This document shows, in pieces, positions 52,324 through 64,000 of a stretch of DNA of 64,000 nt (positions are counted from its first letter, which is position 1; every line of letters begins with the position of its first letter). The DNA lies in contig JAAILG010000231.1 in assembly GCA_012026655.1 (NCBI GenBank), positions 1 through 64,000 of the forward strand, written 5' to 3'. The position numbers and the translations under genes are program-made. Origin of the DNA: Hydrolagus affinis. Taxonomy: Eukaryota. The notes below the pieces were generated by a model, which was not told where the DNA came from, did not search any database, and saw only the letters and a program-made list of their open reading frames with translations.

Positions 52324-54899
52324 CTCCCTTCCTGCACAATGAATGCATCCGAGGAAATTAGCTTTTTTTTTCCAAAAAAGCATAAGACACTCAACCTTAT
52401 TGCAATACTGTGTGGTTGTTTTGGTTTTGGTTTTGTTTTACCATTTCAATTATGGATCAGATATTACATCACATGTGGGATTACAATACAGTACAGTACT
52501 GCTGTCACTCTGTTGGCTCGATCTGTCTGCCTATGCAACGTCCCAAGAGTAAAACAGGAACTCGCATCAGACTTTTGACAAATGTTTGAGCTTCCATTCA
52601 TTGTGTGAATACAATCGTTATCATCTAGTGATGAAAACCCGAGGTCTGGACGTGTTGTTGGACGAAGCACAGAGAAGAGCGTTTATAATAGTAATAATAA
52701 TAATAAGTTTAAGACTGAATGGATTAAACTAAGGACATTATTATTTAAGAGTTATTTCAAATTGCTCAGAAATAAAATAACATCTCCTTGAATCTGATCA
52801 TCCGGAATATGTTTCTTTGCGAACGTGTCAATATAATTCTACTGGAAACTGTATAGGATACTGATCTGAAAAAGAGAATGTAGCCGCCGATAGTTGGACT
52901 CAAGTTGCAAAAAGCGAATCATACAGTACTGAGTTGCATTTTGTATTCATTATATCATTTCATGGCTGTTTGAGAGATATGTCTGTGGGAAAAAAAGTCT
53001 GCCGCATGGCCCCTACAAAATCCCCAATCTACATTTAAATTCTACGCCGGGCTTTGACTTGTTCACAATAAACTTTAAGGCGCAGTTACGCTGCATAAAA
53101 AGTCAATGAAAGATGAAACTAACAGGATCTGGCGGCCAATGGCAATTTTTTTTTGGAAAAGATGCAGTTTGCCGGGCCTGCAGCCAGACACACCAAGCTA
53201 CAAATCTAATAAAACAGCGACACCAACTGTTCATTCTAAACATCGAAAGGAACACTTCAGAGTCTGTAAATTTACTTACCGTAATTCACACCCGCGGTGT
53301 ATCATTGAAATGCTCCAAATGGAAGGGTTTGCGAGCACTAGCTTTCAATCGATCCAAAGAACAATTTATACGCTTTAAGATTTGCACCGTGTGGATACTG
53401 GGATAGTGCAGAGCACGTGCAAACTATGGAGTTTAATCATTTAACTTCTGAAAGTATTTAATTTGTTAATAAGTAGATATTATCAATCAGTGCAAACGGT
53501 TTATAAAACTCCTATTCACACACGAATTACAGGTCAGTTTCTGTACCGCCTCAATGTACAATCTTTGCCATAACAACATTATTACGAACTTAAAATGTCA
53601 CAAAATAATATACCGTATTGAAAAGAAAGATGGGTTAATGTCCGCTTTCTGTTGAACGCTAAAGATAAGGAACCCAATTCCTGACGCCCTCTTCTGGAAT
53701 GCTTCAACTATTCCCGGTTTAACTATCAGGGTTTTAACAGAAACGCGGAATATCTTTAATATTAAAGTTCTCTTTCGAACAGTTTGTACGACACAGTTTG
53801 GAAGCAATTTTCTTTATTCCAGGTAATAGGATAATCTTTACCCAGTTTTCGTGACAAACTGATACAAAACCGAGTATAAGTTTGGTCTAAGCCATGTATG
53901 TGGACCTAAAGCGATTGGTGTGAAAGCCCAAATACTCAAATTACCTTGGGCAAATGGCTAATGTAAGGGAAATCTGTTTGGTGCTTCCCACAATATAAAT
54001 AGTCTCTGCGATTGGATTAGCCGAGAATTTAAGAGATATTTTAATTTTTTTTTACAAAAGACAATACAATATTTTCTCTTTAATACCATTAAAAACGCGA
54101 AACCCAAATGCACAACTTATTCGTGGAACTCCACCGATAAAAAAAATACATCCCGTAGAACTTCCAGTGAAATTCCATACCAAAAATCACCACTTTCCCT
54201 CACTCCCTCAGCCTTGTCCCTCTTTCCCGCTTTTCAAGTCCTGAGCTGATGGCCACCTCCCACCCCACTGCTGTTTCGCGCTCTACGACGCTACCCTGCG
54301 TGGAGGGCGCTACATAAGTGCAAATGGTTGTTGTTGTTGTTTGACACCTTGGATTCTTTAATGGTTTTGCTCAATGTGGATTCTTCAGCAATTATTTGGT
54401 GGAATTAATTGTATGTTTAACCGGCACCAATACCAACCAACGCTATCCATAATATTCAATGCCCAACCCTTTAACTATTGTTTGATGCTCTGGTTAATTT
54501 AGATTGGAGCTGTAATGGTGCATTGGAATTGCACAAGTGAAATCATAGGTCAACCTTGGGAGATGGACACTGCCTCGTAGGATATACTTTGGAGCGTCAA
54601 AAAGGATCTGATTGACGGCGACCTCAATCAGCAGTGATGTCTGGTTTTGCTGTCTTGTCTTAATGTGTTGTACTGAAATCGGGGTCCACAGGCGCACATT
54701 GTTTAGAAAATAAGGTATTAGAATGGCGTGAGCAGACCCCCCTCAGTTATATACAACGACAACTTGCAATTTTATATCGTCCCAAAGTGTGTGACAGTAT
54801 AGAATATACAGTAGTCATGCCCTTCCGCTCAGGTACAGTAGAACTATTTAACTCACACGCAGCAATGTCAAGAGATATTATGATGGAACTTTCTGACTT

Positions 54900-55003
54900 G
54901 TATACAGTCAATTCACTTTACAGTATATTCTGTGAAGCGATTTGAGACGACCAGACGACGTGAAAATCGCTATATCAAATGCAAGGATTACTATTATTGT
55001 TAT
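54900..55003 (+). mobile_element. SINE family A 3' tail
   Basis: tatacagtcaattcactttacagtatattctgtgaagcgatttgagacgaccagacgacgtgaaaatcgctatatcaaatgcaaggattactattatt. Confidence 0.85.
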
Positions 55004-57314
55004 TTAGAAGTTACAAGCTGCTACCGTGGACTCCCTGTGCTTTACGTTTTAAACTCAAATATTTGTTTTTTAAAAAGTTTCTTTTACACAATGAAATATT
55101 TTTTCTTTTCATGTGTGAAGCCAAATACATGGCTTCATAAATACATTGAAACATGATTGGTCACCTGTAGTCATATTACTGAAATTATATCTCTATCAAT
55201 CATAATGATGCCAGATGGACTCCAAAAGTAAAAGTTTTAAATAGTTTAGATTATCAAAGAAGAACAAGTTCAAATTCACAATGTTACCCTATATCTTGTA
55301 ACACTGGGGCAGTTTGGGGATGGTTAGTACTGTATGATGGATTAGCAGTTGAAATAATGAAATCACTGACTCAGATCAATAACTCATTTAAGGCAGTTTC
55401 CGTGATGGAATAATTGTTAAGCATCGATGTTGGGTTACTTTTTTTTATTTAAAACAAGTTAAGATGGTGATTTTCCGCTTTAAAAACTGTACTAAAGACA
55501 CAAAAGAAAATCTAGTAATGTTTGACAAGTATTTTAAAGTGATATGAAAAGATAAAGCAGCTGGTATCTGATGGGACAAAACGTGGAGAGATCCATTGGA
55601 CAAAAATCAATATCGGAAATCTGTGCATTTGATGTTATTAGTAAAACATCTTTCAAATGACAATCGGTTACTTCAGTATTGACTGAATTGTTTCATTAAA
55701 CACACAAATACAAAGTCACGATTTAAATGTGAAGAAATAATGTTGGTGTCTAAAACTTCATGATAGGATCACAGTAGTTTGGACAGACATGCCAAACACT
55801 ACAATGGTATTACACCTTTCAGATAATTACACGTGAAGTGAAATGTAAAAAAAAATCTGAACAAGGGCATCGGTGCGACCAGAACACATCAATCACAACT
55901 GATACACAAGATTAGAAAAAATAAATTTGCACAAGGTTAACTGATTCCCACTCAATTTCTTTCATCAACAATTGTATTGTAGTCCCCAACACGTGTTACT
56001 TTATTTGAGTAGTTTAACTGTATGTATTGCTCAACTGAATAGAGAAGTGTTCTAGTGAGTATTTAGTATTGATACAGTAAGAACTCTTTGTAATTCACTC
56101 GATATCATATTTGTTTATCGCAGCAATAATAGGACTGTGATTTAACATATTAGATTGTTTCATTTTCTTGGTAATTCTTGCATTCCACACATTTTACTAT
56201 TATAATGTGTTTCATATTTAATAAATATTGCGACCAATAGAGTATTTATAGTGCATTCAATTCCATCATGCTTCTCTTTCGATTTCTGGTCAAATCCTTG
56301 CACTCAGAAGGACAGTACCATTGTTTAGTGGAGACAAACTTTTTTTTGAAAAATTAGAACTGGTAGACAATATTTATTCTTGCTAGAGAAAATATCAGGT
56401 AAATGTGAAACGGGTCTAGTCATAATATATAATCTTCCAAAGACTACATTTGCGCTAGTAACTTTAACAAATCATCCACAGACATATATTTAAATTTTGT
56501 GGAGAAAAGATAGCTATGATATACTATGATAATAGCTATAATTGATTGTGCAGTTTCCGATCCTCTGACTTGGAATATAATTTATGAACACTTTGTGCTT
56601 GTATTTTGAATGAGAATCCAAAATACATATACATTTTTGACAGTGTTTTGCACAATACTGGATCACTTATTTAGCATTGGTTGTAGTTATGTAGTAGAGC
56701 CATCAATCCTGCTGGAATCCTAAATCCTATTTATTGCAAACATATTCTTAATTCAGTTTATTACCTTTGATATAATACAAATTCTATTCATCAGTAAATA
56801 GTCATTATGATGATCAAATTTACTTGGTTTTACATATTTATTCATTTCATAAATGCAACCAATATTATCTTCAACATAATAAGCATGTTGAACTGCTGAC
56901 CTAGGTGGTCTTATTAGTTCAGTAGTCCAATGTGATATTTGGAAGGTACTTTATTGTATCTATTGTAGGACATGAACGCAAACGTTAATCATGCTTGCCT
57001 TATGACAGGTGATCCGCCCATCGCCTCTGGTTTCATTCTCTCTTGTTCCTCTGCTACGTTTCGAATTTGGCTTGCAATGAACCATTAATGTAGTTATTCA
57101 CCTGGTTATAAATTAAAAAAAAGAATGGCACAGGTTATGCTATTCATCTACACTGTCTTCTATGTAGCATAAAGATAATTTGTTATATCCATTCACCTAT
57201 TTAGCAGATACCGGTGGTAGTTCAGCCACAATTAAATCTTGCGAATGTATTGAAGTTCATTAAACCATAATTTGATTAAAGAAGTTGTGGTTGTTTTAAC
57301 TCTGACAGTCAGTC

Positions 57315-57550
57315 AGAATCAGTCAACTTGGCTCATCTCCCTGAGTCAGAAAGTTGTTGTTTCAAGACCCATATCAGCTTTGAACTCACCTACCCAATGC
57401 ATTGCCAGGAATGTGCAACATTGTCAGAGCTGCAATCCATTGGATGAGACATTAAAGCAAGGTCTTGCCAACCTATTCAAGTGGATATTGAACTCACAAG
57501 GCATTAGTCAAAAAGAATAGAGTTTCTCTCTGTGTCATGGTCAGACAATT
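57315..57550 (+). mobile_element. Degenerate Deu-type SINE
   Basis: ctgagtcagaaagttgttgtttcaagaccc...cattgtcagagctgc...ggatgagacattaaagcaaggtc...caagtggatattgaa. Confidence 0.55.
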
Positions 57551-58194
57551 TCCAAACATGAAAGGTGCTTTATCCAATGCAAGGATTATACTATATATAT
57601 TTTTTTACAAATGCTTCCTATACTGTTGTTCTCTTGGGCTTGTTGCAACTCCAATATAATTTGCTCTTGTAATGGTAGAAAAATAATGTAATTCTTCCAA
57701 ATTATCAAACATTTTAAATGTAAAATTGGCATATTTGTTCTGGACCATACTAAAATAAAGAGAGAATTAGAGACATGGAGTGGAACAAAATATAACAGAA
57801 GAAATCCAAAATACTGCAGGCATAATAAATATTTAAAAGTGAAGTACTGTACATCCAGTGAGAATACTTGCATCGTTAGGATAAAGTGAATATTACTGCA
57901 CAGAAATTCCTAGAAAGGGGATCCAGAAGGAAGGGTAAACTCATTAGTTTCATGTTAGGATAATGAGGCAAAGTAATTTTATATTTCAAATACACAAAAG
58001 GGTGGGATGTAGTATAGTACAAGTCTTCAATGATTATCCCAGGACTCTACAATGAACTGTGTCTGAACACAGATGGAGTACAGGGTTGATGATGCCTCAA
58101 ACGTTACATGTACAACCTTTATATAGATTGAGGTGTGCAACCTTGCCCTTGCTTTATTGCTGAATTGAGTTTCAAACTCCATACCTGATCAAAC

Positions 58195-58345
58195 ATCAAG
58201 ACTGCCTCCTAGGACTTTTCCTACTTATGCTCCTACCTCGCCCTCCCTGCTGCTGTAAAAACTCTTATCCATGCATAGATTTTTCCAAAGTTCACCTCCC
58301 CATCCTCCCCAGCTTCATTCTTCAAAGGTTTCTCTAGATCCAGAC
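58195..58345 (+). mobile_element. Small decayed L2 ORF2 fragment
   Basis: C/T-rich cctacctcgccctccctgctgctgtaaaaactcttatccatgc is reminiscent of the L2 PYL...AAETLIHAF segment. It abuts an inverted (AAC)n L2 tail at 58344-58410. Confidence 0.45.
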
Positions 58346-58615
58346 AACAACAACAGGATTACATTTATAGAGAACCTTTCACGTCGGGAGGACATCCAAA
58401 GGCACCATACCTCAGAGAAGGGATAAGTCTGACTCATGGTTTAAAGAGGTTGAAGTACACAGAAATGTTCAGCATCAATTTACAAGGGGAAGAATTTCAG
58501 CCCTAATCTGTATCGTCCAGAAAGAAGCCAGTTAAAAGACTTCATTGACATATATAAAATACAGTATTCAAAGGTACAGATGGGATAACTCTGTATTAAT
58601 TCAGATTAAACTGGA

Positions 58616-58846
58616 TGAAACCTTGGGTAGATCTCCTTACTCTGCCTAACAATAATCCCTCAAAAAAATAATAAATTGGTCATTTCAATCCATGACTGCT
58701 TGTGGGACACCGCTGTGCGCAATTGGCTGCCACATTTCACCCACATATATAATCAATTAACTTTACACAATACTCTGTGAAGTGCTTTGAGATATCTAGA
58801 AGATGTGAAAAGTGCTATATCAAATGCAAGGATTAATATTATTATT
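58616..58846 (+). mobile_element. SINE family A, 5'-truncated with internal deletion
   Basis: gaaaccttgggtagatctccttactc...tgtgggacaccgctgtgcgcaattggctgcc...atatcaaatgcaaggattaatattattatt. Confidence 0.85.
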
Positions 58847-58849
58847 AAC

Positions 58850-59224
58850 TGTGGAGTCCATTAAGTGCTCAATGGTTAGAGCACTTGCCTTGACTGGGTT
58901 CGATTCCCGGCAATGCGAATCATTGGGTAAGTTTCCTTACTCCACATGCCTCTGTTTACCTATCAGTAAGTAGGAACCCAGCTGTTAATTGATTGGGGGA
59001 TGGCTTTTCCAGGATAATAATTCCTTCAAAAAATGATAAAATTGGTCACTCAATCCATGACTGTTAAGTGGGACACTGCTGTGCATAAGTTTTGCCCACA
59101 AAGTAGACAGTCAATTCACTTATATTCTGTGTATATTCTCAAGTATATGTGTATATTCTCAAGTATATTCTGTGAAGCACTTTGAGATTACTCAAAAACG
59201 TGATAAGTTGCTATATATTATTAT
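58850..59224 (+). mobile_element. Near full-length SINE family A immediately downstream of another copy
   Basis: tgtggagtcc...ctcaatggttagagcac...gggttcgattcccggc...gtaggaacccagctgtta...gtgaagcactttgagat. It carries an internal 20-bp duplication (gtgtatattctcaagtatat x2) near 59129-59168. Confidence 0.87.
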
Positions 59225-62200
59225 AAACTAAGAAATTGGGCCAATGCAAATATTTTTTAAAAAAAATAAAGAACAGTTTTATAGTTTTATAGTTTTAGTC
59301 AAAGGAACATGAGGAAATAAGTCAAAATCCTGAAATATATTTTTACATTCTTTAAAAATCCTAGTAGCTTGATGATTGTGTGCGTTATTTGTTTATATTG
59401 AAAGTTCGGCGGTACGAACGCATAAAGGAAAATCGTCTGAATTAGAAAGTAAGAATGGAAGTAGTGATACATTTATTTGCATGTTTAAAACGTCAGTTGT
59501 TGCACCAACTTATATTAATGGATCTGTTAAAGCGCCTTTGAAACACCGTAATGTGTTAACAAGATCACCCAGTTCCAGAAAAGTTATTGTGATCTCATCA
59601 AAATCATGTCCTTTGTTTTCATGAAGGTTACAATGTTTTAAAAGATGCTATTGTGCCCTCCCCTAAACCATAAAATTGTCACCAGGGACTGATTAAAAAG
59701 TTCTGAATTGAAACACTGCGGAATTTGTCTGCATCCTATTCACATCCGACAATGGTCCTTTCAGCCCAGGACACAAAGAGGGTTTAAATGGTGATTCTGT
59801 GGAGATTCTCTGAGGCTAGCTACATCCATATGGAATACACGGGGGACATCAGCTGAGACAAAGAGCCCAGGTGACGGTGCCAGCCCCATCTCCTGCCCAA
59901 CAGGCAGCAAAGACAACATAGGGTCGAGACACGCAGCAACGTTCATCAAAATGTACGCCTCCTACATTTCACTTTCGCTTTCCAACAACCTTCCCTTTTA
60001 CCGTTTTTTTTTAGTACTTATTGTGCCGATATAAACTGCTTAACCTCTCCCCCAATACATACACAGTGAGATCCAAGTCTTGCTATGATTCTTGATGAGA
60101 TCTGCCGAGAGTGTATGTTGTCAGTTTTCTAAATGTGCCATGATTCTTTGAAACAATCATAGCGTTGTGCGTTTCCTAAGATACTTGTTAAATATGCAAT
60201 TGGAGAATAGGCCGTTCGTGTGGCTTTTTGAAACACTGATCTCATACTTTAGGGGTTCAATATAATATTGGAAATATTTAAATTAGCACAGTGAAATTAT
60301 TATCGTTTGTCACGATCAATTTTGTAATGTATAATGAACTTTTATTACCACAACATAGAACTCTTGAATGTGCTTAGAAAAACACAACTCACGCATTTTT
60401 ACTCTTGAGACAAACGACAACTTTGTGAGCTGTGCTACTGTTTAAATATGTTCAGTTGAATGTTGAATGTACTTACTTGGCAAAACAAAAAGTTTTCTTT
60501 AACAAAAATACAAACTATGTTCTGAAGTAATATTAAAGGCCCAATGAATGCAAGCGTTTAGCTCTAAATTGACAATTAGCATTTAAACACACATTTAATC
60601 ACACGCTGCTTTTATTCTGACACGGATTTCCTTGATGAATATGTAAACTCCATTAGTTAAAAGTTCTTCCATACACGGAATTATAACTTATACTTCAATG
60701 TAGTCTTTTTTTGTCTTTTAAAAAAATTCCCATCGTTTAATCAACCATTGCATTTCAACCTATACATGTTGGAAACATTTGCTTATATCTCGAACATCAC
60801 AGATAAAGGGCAGCATATGAAACTATCTCAGTATTCAGCACACATCAAGTTTTCCACTCGAAATAATTCTATATATCAACGTACCTCACAAGTCTCTTAC
60901 AATTAAAAGAAACACAGTCAACCCGTGTGAGAATAATGGCGAGGTCCTTGTATCGTTTTCAGTTTAGCTATACTGAGTTGGAAAAGAAGAGTATTGAGTC
61001 ATTAATAAATACATTTATATTTTTTCCATTGACCGTTTAAAGATGAAAAATAAAGCTTTGGATGATGGATGGCTCTGAAATCTTATTCACTATAAAATGA
61101 TGGATAGCCTATCTTTGAATTGGTCTAAGTTTTATTCATTTCCTCCTTATTTCGGCTGTCACAACTTGCCTCCGAACTTTAAACAACAATCATCCCAAAC
61201 TTGCTCTGAGTGAATCTTTTGTTTATGGCCAAATACGACGCAGGCTATTCCGTAGGGATTCGCAGAGTAGTTGTGTGTTAGTGTGAGCGATTCACATTCT
61301 ATTTAACACTTTTGTACAGGAACTAGAATTCAAATTGGTGCGTTGTCTTACAAAATGTGACCATTACCTCGGTAACAAGCGCTTAGAAGAACACAACGTA
61401 CGCAGTGAACTAAGTATTTACAAGTTACATAATGATATGCGAGTTTTACAACTAAGTTACAGCATAAGGAAATCAAATACTTAAAATATCCCTTTAATGG
61501 TCTCCAAGCAGCGTAGAGGAGGTTGTAGCAGAATACAAAATATATTTCTAAACAATATGGAAATGTATTTACTCATATCTCAAACGTGGCCAACAACATA
61601 TTAAAGGTAAACATCTTTACAAACAATTCAAGGCCCCAATAAACACAAACTGAACAATATATAATTGGGATATTACTGAAACCAAATAACCGTCCATTGT
61701 GCCGAATTTATGTTTTCATACTTTTAGAATTATACAATTATGTACAATGTTTATGTAAAATATACAGACTGTGTAACAAGGCATTTGGAGTCAATATTAG
61801 CAAAGACTGTCAAGGGCCACAAATACAAACTGTAAAACGAACACGAAACTAAGGCATCCACCCAGTTTACCTGAACTTCCAAAGCCAGAACCTGGGAATA
61901 ATCCATAGCTTATTAACCGAGAAAATATTAATCGTTTTGCTCAAGGCCAAGAGCGAGCCGTTCGTCTGAACAGTTCCATATCTATTTAATATCAAAAGGT
62001 GGTTATTCCTCTTCTATAATGTCATCAGACCACAATTTTATTACAGGTATTGATTTAATCTAATAGCATCCATTCGCATTACCAATGCACTGCAATGTAT
62101 GTGTACATATAACGTTACTCCGTTTTTGTTAACAAAAAGAGCGTAACTGTTGCTCTGTTTTTAATTGAAACAGACTATTTTTTCTTACGTTTAATTTAAT

Positions 62201-63055
62201 TTCCCCTGTGAAATCTATTAATCCTCTATTATTGGTGGATTTCAGTAAACAGTAGAGAATTTCTTCCTATAGCCTTTATCTGGCAATGTCCAATCAATTA
62301 GTATGCATAAATACACATTTGGTTCAGAATTTGGATTTAAAGCATTGATAACTTCAACATAAAACCTCAGAAAACATCTTTCGCTTGAGCAGCAATGAAC
62401 ATAGATAGACTAATCAATCTATCATCTCCATTGAAAAGAAGGAAATGGTTCTATCAGCATGTCAAATATAACCTCGTTTTTAATACTGAGAAAACCAAAC
62501 TATAAACATTGTAATTCATTTAAAACATTACTAATATATGAATACAAAATAACTATAAATTCTAATGGTTTCAGAGTACCAATACGATATGCCTATCAAT
62601 GCAGTGTATTTGGTAGCTACTTTCAAAAACTCGAAATACAATTATTTCATTTGTAAAGTAACTTATTGCAGCTTTATTTCCACAGATATGAAATTACAGA
62701 TGAACAGAAGTACCAAACTATTGTTTTATGTCCTTCTCGTACAGTTAGAAAACGTGCAGTCATATAGTTTAGAGTTTGTAGCTTAGGTTATATCCCAAAA
62801 GCTTTAAGTTGAGTTATTTTTCAGCACATCTGGAAGACGACACTTGCACGTTATCAAGAAATCGGTGACATCCCAAGCACTGATCAAAGTCAGTTTAGTG
62901 GTCTAAACACGTTGATTACATGCAACAAAAAACAGCAGCAAATGCAATTCTGCCAGACAAGCCAACCACCCATGAACTCACCAAAGCATCAAGTCATGAT
63001 TCTGCACATCAAATATTAGCATCATTTATTAGAGTTCAAAAGGTCCTGGATTCAT

Positions 63056-63597
63056 TCACCAGTTCCACTGCTGTCTTTGCATTGCAGGATGCGTTAAGTG
63101 CTGGTAGCCAGGGAAGATGCCAAATGGTGCAGTGTGTTGTATGTGTTGAAAACCGTGGAGTGTAAAAGCTGCGTAAGAACTATTGGGTTGGACAGTGCTG
63201 CTTGGCTTGTCCTGGAGTTTTACGGAGGTAATGGAGCAAGTGTGACAAGGTTTCCCATCTCTGATCAGCACAGGCACAGCCACTCTGCGGACGAATGAAG
63301 ACTGGTTGGCGTCTCTCTCCAGGGTACCGTCCAGTCGGGCTCTCTTTATTTTATACCTGTGGTTCTGGAACCAGATCTTCACCTGGGTCGGGGTCAGGCT
63401 CAACACATGGGCGAGGTGTTCGCGTTCAGGAGCTGACAGGTAGCGTTGCTGTCGGAATCGTCGCTCCAGCTCAAAGGTCTGTGCCTTAGAGAACAAAACT
63501 CGTCGTTTCTTCTTCTTCTCGTTCCCAGTGAGGGAGGCGGGATCTCTCCTCGGGATGCAATCGGCAGGAACCATGTCTGTGCTGCTTTCGTCCGATG
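63056..63597 (-). CDS. NKX2-8: NKX2-8 (NKX2-9) coding exon 2: homeodomain and NK2-SD
   Basis: Acceptor tttttcttgcag|CA at 63598/63597 gives [13 protein letters not shown]. Homeodomain [60 protein letters not shown] (KAQT is the NKX2-2/2-8 class). NK2-SD is [15 protein letters not shown] and the protein ends in WNW. Its position upstream of NKX2-1 fits NKX2-8. Confidence 0.92.
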
Positions 63598-63711
63598 CTG
63601 CAAGAAAAACAAAAGGTTTATATTTCTTAAGGTTACCTTATAATGGTTTGACTGCGGTGGCCGGAGCGGCGGATCTCAGTGTGAAGATAAGGATGGAGCT
63701 GGGTTACTTAC

Positions 63712-63925
63712 ACATTCGGTCAGAGTCAAGCCACCCCGGATAAGACGATTTCAGAGGGTTGCGATGCGAATGATGGTCCACTTCTTCTTGTTTAATGGCA
63801 GAGGGTTGAATCGGTTTCTCATCTCCACGACTGCATTGCCGATTGATAGACAGACGATCCACTTCGCGTTGATCGGGTAAGTCTAAAATGCTCCTTACTG
63901 TAAAACTTGTCTTAATTATCGACAT
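63712..63925 (-). CDS. NKX2-8: NKX2-8 coding exon 1; spliced product 251 aa, intron 63598-63711 (114 bp)
   Basis: MSIIKTSFTVRSILDLP (TN/eh1 motif of the NKX2-8 type, SFTVRSLLDLP)...SYPGWLDSDRM, then donor T|GTAAGT at 63711. 214 + 542 nt = 252 codons, in frame. Confidence 0.92.
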
Positions 63926-64000
63926 GTTATCAGACCCTCGGTGAATTTCTCCAGGGTGGAAAAAGTGACCAGTTACTCGATGGATAACGTGAATACCGAT

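Overview
This is vertebrate genomic DNA, not prokaryotic, and most entries in the ORF track are spurious. The window holds a compact version of the conserved MBIP - NKX2-1 - NKX2-8 block, all on the minus strand. NKX2-1 is complete (two coding exons, 39976..39607 + 38601..37937, 344 aa) and NKX2-8/NKX2-9 is complete (63925..63712 + 63597..63056, 251 aa). At the left edge there is a probable MBIP first coding exon (158..78) with its CpG promoter, which the ORF track misses. The repeats (tRNA/Deu-type SINEs with L2-like tails, L2 and CR1-like relics) suggest a cartilaginous fish, possibly a chimaera; that is an inference. The most unusual sequence-level items are: a perfect spacer-less 60-bp palindrome (52264-52323); a ~275-bp tail-to-tail SINE foldback with an apparently template-copied outer stem (18838-19105); a locally copied 40-mer between 31-bp direct repeats (5688-5790); a long AT-rich but CpG-retaining domain starting near 28.4 kb; and several candidate conserved enhancers. 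I found no evidence of CRISPR, phage or another wholly new genetic system. Repeat boundaries are approximate and were read by eye, and comparisons with human sequences are from memory.
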